A DNA stretch of 63,574 nt, filler included, from Rhabdomonas costata (lineage: Eukaryota), in NCBI GenBank assembly GCA_019059605.1. It is 43 parts of 43 records of this genome, joined end to end, with 100 filler letters (N's around TTAATTAATTAA, not from the genome) between each part and the next. Parts side by side here need not be neighbours in the genome. Positions count along the whole stretch, not along the records: positions 48,863 to 50,245 come from JAHMHO010017662.1; positions 50,346 to 51,736 come from JAHMHO010017663.1; positions 51,837 to 53,216 come from JAHMHO010017664.1; positions 53,317 to 54,697 come from JAHMHO010017665.1; positions 54,798 to 56,176 come from JAHMHO010017666.1; positions 56,277 to 57,656 come from JAHMHO010017667.1; positions 57,757 to 59,136 come from JAHMHO010017668.1; positions 59,237 to 60,616 come from JAHMHO010017669.1; 35 more parts are not named here. One strand, given 5' to 3'. A program made the position numbers and the translations under genes. Position 1 is the first letter of the stretch, and each line of letters opens with the position of its first letter. A model generated the notes under the pieces. It did not search any database, was not told the origin of the DNA, and saw only the letters and a program-made list of their open reading frames with translations. Of this stretch, positions 48,936 to 62,541 are shown piece by piece.

Positions 48936-49446
48936 GTCTACCTGTATGTCGATGAGGCGCACAGCATTGGCGCCCTGGGGGCTCACGGACGGGGAGTGTG
49001 CGAGCACTGGGGTGTGGATCCCGCGGACGTGGATGTTCTCATGGGCACCTTCTCGAAGTCCTTTGGCAGTGCTGGGGGCTACGTCGCGTCCTCCGAGGTG
49101 GGGTGTCTCCCGTCCATCCCCTCTGCCCTGCTTTTTCGCCCCCAATTTACCTTCCCCCACTATTGTATTCGTACTGGCTGGCTATGGGGGGGAGGTTCGA
49201 GCTTTCATTCCCACCCTGGGTGGGGTCCCAAAATTGACTTCTCACCCCGATCACATTTGACGTTGGCGATTGCTGTGACAAAGGCACAGGCGTCGGCGGG
49301 CATGCAAAATACCTTCCCCCTGTGAAGCTTCAGTGTCCCTGAAAGTGAGGTTTTGGTTTTTGATATCCGATCGAATGTCGACTTCTGGTTCCAAGATAGG
49401 TACATGCCCCGATTGAACTGACACCTGTTCTTTCATGCGGGGTTTG

Positions 49447-49488
<42 letters not shown>

Positions 49489-49573
49489 ATCGCAGGAGGT
49501 CATCGCGCACATCCGCAGCACCTCTGCAGGCACACTGTACGGCAACAGCATGTCCCCGCCCTGTGCCCGTCAG
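48936..49573 (+). CDS. LCB2: Serine palmitoyltransferase subunit 2 (exons 48936-49097, 49496-49573)
   Basis: [46 protein letters not shown] (PLP-lysine motif)|[22 protein letters not shown]. Confidence 0.93.
49448..49487 (+). repeat. (AC)n microsatellite directly upstream of a splice acceptor
   Basis: About 20 AC units. Confidence 0.95.
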
Positions 49574-50413
49574 GTTTTTGCCTTTTCCCCACTTTTCCCT
49601 TGCTCTTTCCTAAATCCAGGCTGTGCCTGGTCTCCTCTCCTGTCGTCTCTAACCGCTGCAGTCGACGAAGTGGCCTGGTGGTCTTTTCATAAAACAAGGA
49701 ATCGCGGGTTGGGATTTTTGTATCCCTTATTGTGGTGTCACTCCTCTTTTGGGTGGGGCCCACGCGGTACTTTAATTTGGCTTCTCGTTCTTATCATTAT
49801 TTTTCCGCAAATGTTAAGAAGGCATTAAAATTTTTGACATTTCGCGAACCCATCATTGATCATTGGGGTGGCGTCTCCCTCCGGGTTGCTTTTTTCATCT
49901 TTTGTTGTCGCCAGTGCTGAGATAAAGGGCGAGAGTACCCTTGCCCAATAAACTACAGTAAGAAGAGGGGGTGCAGAGGGTGGGGAAGTTGCCCGTACAG
50001 CGCGAGCCTCCCGCCAGTCTGCTTTTGAGAAGGGAGGTGGAACCCGTCGAAGACGGTCTCTATCCGCTCCGCTGAAACTGAGTGCAACGAACTGCAGACG
50101 AATCCAACAAGCGAGCGTAATCGAAACGCAAGCGCCAACACAACGTCTCAAGGCAAAAGGCAATGGACACGTGGGACATAATCGCACTCGGCGTAAATCC
50201 ATAACTAGGAACCGGGACTGAAAGAAATGGAGGCCAAACAACCACNNNNNNNNNNNNNNNNNNNNNNNNNNNNNNNNNNNNNNNNNNNNTTAATTAATTA
50301 ANNNNNNNNNNNNNNNNNNNNNNNNNNNNNNNNNNNNNNNNNNNNTTTGTTTTAATCCGCCGCAAAGCTCTCTCAGGATTTTCCGTAATGTTGTGCCACT
50401 TCTGGTTCTTCCC

Positions 50414-51472
50414 ATGATTAGCCCGCCCCAAGGCTTTGGGCGGGTTCTTCCACGCTTCCGGAGAATCCTCGAGGCGTGCTGCCCATGGAGCTTTCGGCCC
50501 GCTTCGGTCCCACTGAGGTGCCTGGTGAGTTCTGCCGGGAGCCCGTGGGTTTCCATGGATTTCCCTGAGCTGCTGCAGCGCATCGAAAGGGCGACGGCCA
50601 GCAGGGACTACGTGGCCCTGAGCAATGCGCTGAAGCGGTTTGACGCTCCCCTTCCCGGGGACTTGCTCTCTCACCTGCCGCGGGAGATGATGCAGGACCC
50701 CGAGGCCTGTGCCGTTCTGCTGTCGCACTGCGTGCGAATGGTTCACGCGCGCTCGTCTTCCTTTTCTTCACTCCTCTCTCTCTTTCTCTCCGCCAGGGTC
50801 GAAACGCCAGTCACTCCAGTGAGACATCAGATCATTCAACTGCTCAACTCGCAATTCATCCCTTTCACCTCTCACACACTCTCACTCTTTGGGCATTATC
50901 GTGAGCAGAGGGCGGGGTGCAGCGGTGCTCGGCAGCAGCAGCAGCAGGTGGCGTCTGTTGCCGAGGAACTGGAGAGGAACGAGATATCAGTTCCGAGTGC
51001 GTCAGTGATTCAAGCGGAGACATCGCTCGTAATCATCGCTGTCGTGAAGTGCACCCGGGTGGTACCCACCCGAGCATTTATCCCACGATTGTTGAAGGAT
51101 TGTTGAAGGATTCAAAGACGGCGCAGGATGTTGCACTGAAATTCACACACATTCCATGTAATATACTCGGCATATTACAGTGGAACCTGGTATTATCGGA
51201 TAGCGATTTCGATTCTTTTGTGAGATGGTTTGCTCATAAAGTCTTCAAAGGTCTCCCATCGACTTACTCCCAAACTTGTCTCCTTTCCCCGCGGGTTTCA
51301 GAACCAGTCTGGGCTGATGAAGACCCTGCACAAACACCTCGTGGGGCTACCTCAGCCCCTGCCCGCCTTGGCCTTTGAGAGCCTCATGGAGGGGTACAGC
51401 CGGCAAGGCGAGCTCGCAGTGGTGGCTGAGCTGATGCGGCGGATGCGGCGCAGTGGGATTACCCCCAGCCTG
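50414..51472 (+). CDS. Putative organelle-targeted PPR protein; frame broken by an 11-bp duplication; intron 51241-51301
   Basis: PPR motif AFESLMEGYSRQGELAVVAELMRRMRRSGITPS; Arg-rich N-terminus; start codon uncertain. Confidence 0.7.
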
Positions 51473-52188
51473 GTGTGCTGCTGCTGCACCCACTCTGATC
51501 CACCAAACTTATAAGATAAAGTATCCTTGATGTACATGTCTTATCCAGAGGGCCATTTTTTCGCTTATCCAAAAAGAAATCAGTGCATGCGCAGATTTGA
51601 GCATCAAAAATTGTTACAACCTAGAACCAAGCACCACAGCACAACAATATTTTCTTGAAAGTGACGAGATTGATTCCAGAAGCAGATTGTATGCATGAGT
51701 GCGCGGAGCGATTTCGAAGATTGGAAGCGTTGTCATNNNNNNNNNNNNNNNNNNNNNNNNNNNNNNNNNNNNNNNNNNNNTTAATTAATTAANNNNNNNN
51801 NNNNNNNNNNNNNNNNNNNNNNNNNNNNNNNNNNNNAAAAAGGCGAAACTAAAACAACGTGCAGGGAAAATCCTCCCCATTTCAAGGACCCCGTCGCACC
51901 AGTCCTCCCGAAAAAAACTTGACATCCCATAAACGCCACCGACGGTGGAAATGTCAAGGCCACAAGGCTCAGCCAATGACGTTGTTCTCAGAAAGAACAA
52001 CAGCAGTACAGTTAATGCCATCACTGCGGTGAGCCGGATGCGATAAGTGGCAGTTCGTTTTGCGTGAAGGCCGTCTTTCCTTGGTTGTGTTCTGGTTAGT
52101 GTTGTACTGCTGCCATCTTGGTAAGATCTGCAAATTATTCTCGGAAAGAAACAGAATTTAAGGGAAGCAATGTGCTGGGTAGGTGTAC

Positions 52189-52666
52189 CAGAATCGGTGA
52201 GCGAGATGGTGGTCTCAGAGGCGAAAGCCGAGAACGCAGCAAAGTTCACGGGAGGAGCCAAGTCCTCGAAGTACGCCAGAACTTCGTCCTGCCCGACATC
52301 GACACCTAACCCCGTGGAAATCAGCCCCAGATACCAGCCGACCCAGAAAACACCGCGCGCACCCCCAGAGATGGTGCCGACGGCCACCGGCACTCCAGAC
52401 TTGCGAATGAGCACCACCGCAATGGTGTCATTGGTGGAGGAGAAGTTGATCTCATAGAGTTGCGAGCTGTTGCCGGAATTGCTCGCGTTGAAGGTCACGT
52501 TGGTGGACAACCACATTGAGAAGCTGCACGGGTCGCTGCACGAGGCGTTGAAGGTGATATTGCTCACTCTAGTCACGGGCCAGGGCAGATATTGCAGGTC
52601 ACCCATACTGGCGTTGGCGCTGCTCACGGCGGTGATCAGGACCGTATCTTTGTTTAACACGAGCAG
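52189..52666 (-). CDS. Exon of a likely surface glycoprotein with a farnesoic-acid-O-methyltransferase-like (Methyltransf_FA) beta domain
   Basis: YEINF..LIRK..FWVGWYLGLISTGLG..FED..PVNFAAFS pattern; many N-x-S/T sequons; AG and GT borders. Confidence 0.5.
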
Positions 52667-54803
52667 CTTCAGCGGGGGACAACCCTCCTTCCGTTGCATT
52701 CGCATTCAAAAATTCAGGTTGGTGTAAACGCTTTCGCGGTGAGGGCCGGAAGTTTACTCTCGGCCCACTACGAAACGCAATAGTGCCAGCCAGCCCAAAT
52801 TGCAGACACCACCAGTTCACACATGACCGTTGCTGAGCAAACATAAATTATGCACTTTTGTTGGGGAGGCGGCTACAGAAAGACGCTAAAAGAATAGTCG
52901 ATGCAAAATCGGGATTGAAATATTGCAGTATTGAAATCGAATAATCAAATAAAAGCTGGAAAGGGGGTGAAATATTCCTCCGAAGAGGATTGCACCTTGA
53001 GGGTGCTAAAACCTACCTAACACATCTTTTACATCCAAATTGACTATCCTGGGCAATCTTACAGACTATATATAACCTTGTCCCTTATCTGTAAAAATAT
53101 CACATCTTGAGAGTTTACGAAACCCCGGAACTCGCAAAATAACAACGCGTAACATAATCAGTCTAATCGTTGGAATTCGGGCGCGCGCGCGCACACACAC
53201 ACACACCACCAAACACNNNNNNNNNNNNNNNNNNNNNNNNNNNNNNNNNNNNNNNNNNNNTTAATTAATTAANNNNNNNNNNNNNNNNNNNNNNNNNNNN
53301 NNNNNNNNNNNNNNNNGTGGTGGGTGTGTTTGGGGTTTTGGGGCCTTCGGGATGGAGGAGCGGCTCCATTATATAGGCAAAGCGGCAGTGGATTTTATTC
53401 CGATTCAATTTTTTTTTGCTATGGGAACAAACGTTATGCGTTATGCGTGTTGAAAACTGATTGCCTCCCATTCGGGCGGGTGCCCTTCCTGGTGCCAAGG
53501 GTCGCTAGACCACGTTTCGGCACTCACGGACCCCACCGTGGGAAAGGGGAATCATTAAAAGATGTGATCCTGCGCTCTGCTTGCCGCCTCCCTACGGCCA
53601 AAAAAGGGCCGTTTGTCCTTTTGTAAAAGGCCTAGGTCGAAAAGCCCCATGCTGGGCCCTTTTTGCGCAAATTTGGCGCCACACCGGAAAATATCAAATG
53701 TCAAAATATCAATATATCCTAAAAAGTTTGCCGTTTGCAGGACAATGAGAAAGCAAAGCACACATGACACTCAGCGGTGCGGAGCCGGGACGGCACAGGA
53801 GGAGACCCGGACAAAGCAGGAAACATATTTAGCAGGCGGTTTTTTCATCAGCAATGGCCCGAACCGTCTACACCCCAACAACGGGAAAACTTAAAAACAC
53901 TGTGGTTCCAGACATTTTCTCGTTTGGTTCTGGTGAGAACCGGGTTACTGCAGTGGTGCTCAGTTTTCTCTCCTTTTCTTTCAGAGCCGTGCAGCCCCTG
54001 AAGGCACCCAACACTTCACACGCTTCCCGTTTTGACTTTCCTACCACGGCGTAAATTCACAATTGAAAAAAGAAAACACGGGGAAAACAGCAGTGGGGCA
54101 CTGTATCACTGTATCACAGCACAGCGCACAGCAGAGCAAACGAGGCACAACGCGTACTGGCACCATCTCGTCCTGCACAGGCACAGACTGACAAAGTACG
54201 CCCCCGGTGCAATCGGGGGGCAGAACTCTGCTAAGACAGCAATCGAGCGCACAGGGAGCGAACCAACATCTCTTAAAAGGGGCATACTGAGTGGGATAGA
54301 ATGAAAGCGGAGGGGGAAGAGAGGTCAAGTACCTCTCTTCACCAAATCAAAACAGCAGGAAACAAATACGGCGAGCAGATCAGAAAGGTGTAAAGCGCAG
54401 ATGGTTGGATGGGAGTGGGGAAGTCAGTTTCATTCACTTTTCAAGGGCTCGGCTGAGATCAAGCGAGAAGCCCAACTGGAAGGGATTCTGTACCGTCACG
54501 GCAGGGGCATCAGAGGAATCGTCCGACCCTTCCACCCCACTGGACAGGTTGAACAGCGTGCTGCATATATCACCAAGTCCGCCTGGAAGCAACCGGGAAG
54601 CATAAAGAAAATGGTAGAATGGGAACCAGGGTAAGGAGAAGTCCATTTTCATTATGCTGCCGTTTCAGAGGGTCAATGACACTCCTAAAGGAACAACNNN
54701 NNNNNNNNNNNNNNNNNNNNNNNNNNNNNNNNNNNNNNNNNTTAATTAATTAANNNNNNNNNNNNNNNNNNNNNNNNNNNNNNNNNNNNNNNNNNNNGGG
54801 TTG

Positions 54804-55005
54804 GGTGGTCTGTGGCCATGATTAGGGTGTTCACGGCGACCACGGCGTACATGCTGAGGTGGAAGGCCGTGCTCTGAGCCACCTGCAGGCAGCGCTTGCG
54901 GAAGCCTGGGGGGCGCCGTGGGGGTTGGACCTTCGGTCGGGCGGTGACGATGAGAGAGAGCCAGTTCAACCATTCCTTCTGCTCCTCGGTGAGCAGATTC
55001 AAACC
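54804..55005 (-). CDS. Four-domain voltage-gated Ca2+/Na+ channel, III-IV linker and IV-S1
   Basis: LLTEEQKEW..RPK..P..FRKRCLQVAQSTAFHLSMYAVVAVNTLIMATDH; CCTCAG acceptor. Confidence 0.85.
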
Positions 55006-57306
55006 CTGAGGGAAGAGAACAAATAAGGAAAGGTCATCGAAATTCGGAGTAAGTTGCGAAGAAGCGCACCCTGAACACAAGAACTCAATCACCAACATGC
55101 AAGAGGACATCACCCCTTAACCCCCTGCACACCTTCCAATGTAACCACACACATTACCCCCCTCGCATCTAGTGTGGACCTGTGCCCTCCTGTGCCTCTG
55201 CAAGGGTCTGATACATGCATCCCACGGGACCCCTGTATCACACTCCAGCCACTCCCTTCATCATCATCATCATCAGTGAAATACGTGTGTCACATATTTA
55301 CAAACGAGACATTGTTGGGCAGGGTAGGATACAAGTGGAAGGGCATTGCCTTAAACCCTCCCCCTCTCCCTCTCTCGCCACTGACATCCCGAAGTACTGT
55401 GTGGGCAATCGAAGAAACGGGCCCCCGGTGTTGTTCGCAGTGACTGTGATTGAGCCCTAACCGTAACCCCAGCTCCCACCGGTTGGGGGTGGCATGGGCT
55501 GGTTGAGGGGGTCGGGTTTAAGGGTCAGCGCTTGCTTGGCTGACATGTTCCAAAGAAAAGAACAGCAAGGCTGATAAATCCTGTGCCGAGCCCGTAGCAT
55601 CTAACTGCACCTGCGAACGTACATCCAAATCGATCGTAAACCGTTCCTCAATTCAGTGATAGTGGCAGAACCACTGAACCAAGTACCACAACGGGACAGG
55701 ACTGTACGTACCTGCACTTCATCCTTCTTGCGCTTCAGCGTATCGATGACCACCCCCTGCAGCACGGCGATGAAAAACCTGTGAACAAGCAGAAACCAAA
55801 AGCAGAAACGCCACCCCCGTCCACCGTGTTTTCATTCACCGCTGTTCTCCTAACGTCCAAGAAAACTGAGACAGGGCCCTGCACATGATCGAGAGCCCAA
55901 CGCGGATGACAAGGATCCCCAGAGGTTTGTTTTTTTCCCGGAAATTCTAAACTCGCATTTTTTTCTTCGTGTTTTTCGTATTTTCTCTTGTATTTCATGT
56001 ATTTTCTTATTTTTCGCAGTTTTGTCTTTCAACTTTTGGACAGTTCCGTGTTTTTCATATACAAAAATATGGGCATCCCTGCAGAGGCCCTCTTCACTCC
56101 ACTTCTGCGGAACAAAAGCTGTGCGATGGGAGGGAAGCCGGCGCACGCACCAGTTGCCCACCAACACCCCGATGACNNNNNNNNNNNNNNNNNNNNNNNN
56201 NNNNNNNNNNNNNNNNNNNNTTAATTAATTAANNNNNNNNNNNNNNNNNNNNNNNNNNNNNNNNNNNNNNNNNNNNTTTGTTGTGTCAGGTTCCACGTTC
56301 ACCTCCTCGGCTGCGTGGGCTGCTGGCTGGGCTGGTGCGTTAGGCGGACCCTGTCAACCTGCCTACCGCCTCCATTCGCCAAGCGGTGCAATTTTCGCGG
56401 CAGCGGGGCTACCCCCACGCACCGTTGGTTCCGCGCCTGCTGGTGCGAACTCCTTCCGTCAACGAGCGCCGACGGGCTGCTTGCCATAGGAAATGCCGAC
56501 CGTGCTGCAGTCGGAGGAGCCATGAGGCAGCGATGATGGCGATGATGAAAGTAAGTTCTTGAACCTCCCGCCTTGACGTCGCGAGGACGAAGGGAGAATG
56601 GGCGGGACAGCGAGGTGGCCAATTGTACTGTTCTTGTGTGGACCGGCTCGCGCACGACATGGTGCTTCTGTTCATGCGCCGGGTTGTTTCAATGAAATAG
56701 TCAGGCATTGTTTACTTGTCTTCGTGTGTGTGTGCGTATGTTAAAACTCGAAAACAATCACGCACCTCAGAAAAGGACGAATGAAAAACAAAGAACTCAG
56801 GTGGAGCTGAACTGACGTTAGGGAGGGGGGGTAATGATTATCACTGGTAACCGTTACCACTGGTAACAATTTTTTCCATTGAATTGGGTAAAAGACGCCC
56901 CAGGTCACGTTCCCCCCCCAACCAACAGCTGCCCCGCGTCGCTGACCTTAGCCCCTAAACTAGTGGTGTCCTACTCGTCTGCCTATATCCCAGCCATGGG
57001 CTTGTCCTCAGTCCACACCAGATTTGACATGCAAACTAAGAACACTCATCTATGGAACACTGGTGCAGGTCACCTAACCTTACTGTAAAAAGAAGTCATT
57101 TCGATGGAGCTTGTATCAGCTACTTAACCTTTTGCAAGTTACACTAAGAACAATATTCGACAAGTTTTCTGCTTCCACTGGTTGCCGTTACCACTCCCCC
57201 ACCCCCCGACGTTGATTGGGCCGCGGGGACTGATGTGCTATGCTGGGGAAGAACAAATGTTGACGGATGACATTTCGTACACGAGTATGGGCACATGCAC
57301 ACGAAC

Positions 57307-57444
57307 CCCAAGGGTGATGCTGCCAGTGGAGGGCACCCAACCAAAGACATCTGTGATCATGTTTCCTGCAAAGTTGACGGGCTTGTCGCGGGCGTTCACG
57401 TTGGTGATCACCATGGAGGCCCTTCGGCAGTAGAACCGCACCAT
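57307..57444 (-). CDS. Exon of unknown protein
   Basis: TGCAG acceptor; MVRFYCRRASMVITNVNARDKPVNFAGNMITDVFGWVPSTGSITLG; GT donor; 138 nt with GC3 bias. Confidence 0.5.
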
Positions 57445-57769
57445 CTGCAGTACAGGAGGTGGGGGGACCCCCCGGAAAGGGAGTGGGAGTCGTCCCCCAA
57501 CAGCAATGGCGTGAGCCAAAAACTAGCCTGGCCCTTGAGTACTCACACGCTCGGCGCCCTCTCTTTCGGCCTCACATCCTCAATTTTCCTTACCCCTTTT
57601 TTTTCCATTCACACACACACACACACACTCTCGCGCTCGTTCATTCATTCCCATTCNNNNNNNNNNNNNNNNNNNNNNNNNNNNNNNNNNNNNNNNNNNN
57701 TTAATTAATTAANNNNNNNNNNNNNNNNNNNNNNNNNNNNNNNNNNNNNNNNNNNNGGTTTTTGGGGTA

Positions 57770-58760
57770 AATGCGCGTTCGCTCATTGCGATGTAGAGTA
57801 CTGTGGTTTCATTGTGGGAAGGAATTTAATCCGGCCACAGCCGAGAAAGCTCCTGTGTAAATAAGTGGCCGCATTTAAAGAAGCCGGTTGATGTGAAAAG
57901 CTTCTTAGGACTGTGTGGTTTTTTACAAGAGGTTCATGGAGAACTACGCAACACAGGCAGCCACACAGACGGAACTGATGAAATAGAAGGGGGAATGGGT
58001 TTGAAGTAAAGCGCAGTAGACTTCTTTTCAAAGGCTAAATGCTAGACTGCTAAAAAAATCCTGTTCTTGTGGTACCCGACTTCCAGAAGCCAATGGTACT
58101 TCACACAGATGCTTTGCAAATGGAATTGGAGCTAAATTGTTACAAGAAGATGGCGACGTAAAGTCACAATTCGTGGAGTCGAGAAAACTGTTGACGGCAT
58201 AAAATAAGTACCATGTCCACGAGAAGGAGATGTTAGCGTAGGTGGATATTGAAGAGGAGTGGAGACACTACTTGTTGGGTCTCCACTCTATAGCCAAGAC
58301 ACTTTTGATGAGATATAATATGAATATTTCTCATGTTCCGTGAGGGTTGAATATGGCAGCGGAAGCGCTCCTGCTAGATGAAGCTAACCTTGGAGCTATC
58401 CGTAAATGTGAAATGATTTGTGTCAGTGCTTTTCGACGGAACACTGTGTGGGCACATGCTCGTTGGCCGAGCAGAAGAACCAGACAATTGGTGGACGGAC
58501 TATTGATTTGACACAGCTATACGGAGAAAGTGCCTGACAGCCTGACAACCGCAGAGCAGGTGGACCCGACAAAGTGGCATCATGGACGTACTTGTGATCA
58601 ACGGAAGATTGTGGCGCCATACCACCGAATGCGAAAAGTTACAACGCTTTACCATGATCCCCAAACCGCCGGACATTGGGGAGTGGCCGAAACTTCATCG
58701 ACGATAAGCCTATGTTTGCGTTGAAGAACGTTAAGATAAAGGTAAAGGTGTATGGGCAGA
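57770..58760 (+). mobile_element. Degenerate Ty3/Gypsy pol (RT end, RNase H, integrase Zn region)
   Basis: VEYCGFIVG, VKSFLGLCGF, PVLVVPDFQKPMVLHTDA, SRKL, YHVHEKEMLA, WRHYLLG and YHDPQTAGHWG, with many stops and frameshifts. Confidence 0.9.
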
Positions 58761-59238
58761 CGAATCATTATCTACCGCGCGTTTAAACGCAAGTTGCGAA
58801 GGTGGGAATCCATATTCATGGTTGCGATAGGCACCTCCCAAATTACCAACACTGAGTGAAACAAATTTTACGTCAACTATTTGTATCACCCTGTGCTATC
58901 CTCCGGAAACAATCCTCTGCTACCACCTGTCAGACGGCACGGCGGGCTCGGACCAATTACGTGGCTCTTGCGACTTCCCCGCGTGGCTCACTCGATCCGC
59001 TCCCCTCCGTGGTCCCTCCCGACAAAGCTTTCGCTTTGTGAGCGCTGTCAACTCACCTATGTGAGGAGACTTTCTTTTCCCCGGGTTGGCCTCGCTTTCG
59101 CTGAGGGCCGGGTAGAGCCTGGCCGCAACCACCCCCNNNNNNNNNNNNNNNNNNNNNNNNNNNNNNNNNNNNNNNNNNNNTTAATTAATTAANNNNNNNN
59201 NNNNNNNNNNNNNNNNNNNNNNNNNNNNNNNNNNNNAG

Positions 59239-60084
59239 AAAATGGAGGTGGACCAGGGCCTGCTGCAGGTTGCGGGGAACACCCTGACCTGCGCGACCAA
59301 CCTCATGCTTCTGCTGATCCGATACCGCTTCCAGATGAAGTCTGAGGAGTTCAAGATCCTCCAGCACAACCTCTCCCCTGTGGTGGTCGACAGCCAGACC
59401 CAGGTGGTTGGGCCTTCGTCAGTCGTCACTTTATGTTTCCGAATGGTTTTCGGTGTCGTGCGTTTGTGTGTGTGTGTGCGTGCGTGTGCGTATGCATGTG
59501 CGTTTGTGGGCGTAGGGGTGGGAGGAGTGCACGGACGCGGCAATGACCCACCTACTACGGACGTGCCTGGCCCGCAACGCCAGGGAGAGTGGCAGCATGC
59601 CCCAGCCCCTGCAGGTCCCCACGGACACCAACAAGCTGAAGAAACACATCGCTCTGGTCAGCCTGTTTGTCCCTTCTCCTGCTGATCCATTCCGCTGCAC
59701 ATTCTCTCCCTTCCTCAATTTGTGTTGACACATATTTGGGAAGCTCGGAAGGAGGCAAAAGGTCCAGAGGAGTCTCAAGAACTCGTCCGAACACCAACCC
59801 ATTTCAGAGTCAATGGTGATCTTCATCGAGTTTGAGTTCAGGAAAATTCCACTGTTGGCAGAATCGCCACTTTCACCATCATTGACATACATTTGGTGAG
59901 AGACCGAGCTCCCAAGCGTTCAATTCATACTGCCCACTCTCACCCTTTTTACTCCCCACTTCTGGCTCAGGTTTGCGACCGAATGGCGAAGGGTGGCTCC
60001 CTGCGAACAGAGACCCCAGCGCCAGCCAAGAAAGCCGCCGCCGCGGCTGGCGGTGGCGGCGCGGCAGCTTCCCCGAAGAGCTGA
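59239..60084 (+). CDS. BBS9: BBSome subunit BBS9/PTHB1 C-terminus (exons to 59403, 59516-59656, 59971-60084)
   Basis: GWEECTDAAMTHLLRTCLAR..PTDTNKLKKHIAL|VCDRMAKGGSL matches BBS9 'GWEE..DAA..HLL.TCL..DT..LKKHI.L.CDR..KGG.L'; TGA stop. Confidence 0.93.
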
Positions 60085-61697
60085 GCTCGAAAAGGCACGC
60101 CATTGTTCTTCACGCCCTCTTTTCCAAGCGACCTGTTCTGTCCTACGTGGTCTATCCTTCCGTTGAAAGACACGGTGAGATGTTGCCAACCGCTGGTCAA
60201 GCACGGTTTGGCCCAGTGTTGTTTGCTCGATGGAGCACCCATTTTGGCGGAAACTGTGGTAGTGTTCAGTTCCCACTCGACCTCCCCTGTATACATTGCA
60301 TCCTCACCCCCTCCCAGCAAAATGTTTTCGTCCAAAGTATGCCGGGCCAGTCCAGGAGCAAGATATAAGCACGCGGCAAAGCAGGTTTTGTGTGACCAGC
60401 TTTTCAAAGCGCAAGCGTGCTGCGCGCGGAAGCCTGGCAACGGTTAACTTGTTTTCGCCATCTTTCCGTGACTGTGTTCCCCCTTTTGCTGTGCTGTTCA
60501 GGTGCGCTGCGAAGCTTCAAACGCCTTCTTGTTGAGGTGCACAACGAAACACAATGAAATGATCCTGCCAGGCGGTTTTCCATTCGCTAGTCAATGAGAT
60601 TGTATCCACCCCCCCCNNNNNNNNNNNNNNNNNNNNNNNNNNNNNNNNNNNNNNNNNNNNTTAATTAATTAANNNNNNNNNNNNNNNNNNNNNNNNNNNN
60701 NNNNNNNNNNNNNNNNGGTTGGGGGGTAGCGCTGACGCTTCCCTGAGGTGACTTCACCATCGCGAGATATGAAGGAGGGCCCTGGCAATCTGACCATGAC
60801 TCAAAACCTTTTCCCCCTTCTGTAGCTTTTGAGTGTATCGCGCTAGTACGCAGTGTGTGTGTCATATGCCGACGTTCTCTGTCCGCTTTGAAAAAGGCCA
60901 ATCTCCGAGCTTAGATGCAACGACCAAGTGGAATTATTCATTCTGTCCTCATTTTGAGTACCTCACTCCACTTTCCTCTCGTTACGCGGCAGTTTGTGTT
61001 TGCCACATTTGTGTTCGGGTTATCTCCCGTGTACCCCCCCCCCCCCAAAAAAAAGACTCCTTTTTCTTTCCCGGATCTTTTGTCACTGCTGTCACCTTTT
61101 CGTGATCACAGCGATCACAAGAAAGAAAGCACACGCGTGAACTTTGCTCAACTCACAGAAAATCTTCTGCCGGGAGTACTTGTGCTGCTGCTCTCTATTC
61201 TGATTTGCTGTGTGTTTTCTCTATAGCCGCGACCTTGGCTGTTCTTGTGTTTGTTTTACATCTCGAAACTTTGATGGGATATCGGAGGACACACGAATGC
61301 GATATTTCACTCCTCTTGGTGAATTGGACTTGTTTGTATTAATCGATACTTACCGCCAACAAAGTATAGCAAGGGTATGGCACTCCCCAAGAACTGGAGC
61401 TCGTAAGGGTTGGAATTGGTTGAACGCTGTACATGATGTGGTTGTGGTCATCTCGCTGGTGGAATTTTTTTTTCGGAAATTGTTTCTGATCGGGTTGGTC
61501 ATGGCTCGTTAAAGTGCACAAAGCACACGCGGTTGTCCTAATAATCCTTCGCTAATGAGGACTTTTTGGTCTATTCTGTGAGGCCCGAGTCAGACGGAAG
61601 TCTTAGTTGAAGGAAACCTCGGGCTTCATGTTTTTCGTTTTCCTTCGGATCCCCACCTCCACCCCTTTCAGCTCAAAGTCCTTGTCGCCACTCCAGA

Positions 61698-61810
61698 ATG
61701 GGTCTTTTGCTGTTCGTCCTGGCCTTGCCCGTGCTGGTGCTCGTGCTGCTGTACTTCGCAGACACCATCCTGGAATTTCTGAAGCCTACCCTGCTCGCTG
61801 TTCTTGACAA
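61698..61810 (+). CDS. Probable first exon with N-terminal signal anchor
   Basis: MGLLLFVLALPVLVLVLLYFADTILEFLKPTLLAVLD, then GTATCG donor. Confidence 0.5.
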
Positions 61811-62541
61811 GTATCGTTTTCTTTGGAGGGCGTTATTTCCATGTGCCGCCTGCTGCAGGGGCAGCTGGGCAGCAATCCGGGCATCTAACCTAACGTCGCG
61901 GCGGTGTGGAAAATTGTGCTAGGCAGTACTGTCGCATTCACAGAAGGGCATTTGGAGCGTTTTGGTATCGCAGTTCCCTCTGTTCCCGAAAACTTTGCTT
62001 TTGGTCGGTGGGTACGTCACTGCCCATTTCAGTCTTTTTTACCTTATAGAGCTGGTAGGAAGCTGATCGGGGCCCCGATCACCTACGACAACCACCNNNN
62101 NNNNNNNNNNNNNNNNNNNNNNNNNNNNNNNNNNNNNNNNTTAATTAATTAANNNNNNNNNNNNNNNNNNNNNNNNNNNNNNNNNNNNNNNNNNNNGTCG
62201 TATTGGCTCGAACGATGACATGGTTGGGACTATGACTTTACTTTTGGGGGTTGACGGTCGGTCTTTTTGGACTTCTGTTGAGATACCGTTTTCAGATGGC
62301 TTTTTTGTGCTTGACGTTCACATTAACTTTGTACCGTATCCGTAGGTGTCCGTGGTGTGTGTGCCCTCGGTGCTTCTCCGTGATCCTTCCCTATGTGTGT
62401 GGTCTCTGATGATTCCACTGCTGCTGGCCCCTGGAAGTTAATGGCTCTTTCTCACAATGACCACGCCTTTGGTCTTTTTGATTTCATCTCATTGAGTCCA
62501 TTTCTTACCGTCTGTGTACGCGTGTGCTTGCGCGCGTGCAG

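Noticed and set aside
55456..55527. Telomere-like CCCTAA/TTAGGG variants
   Set aside because: Only two or three degenerate units, internal to the contig.
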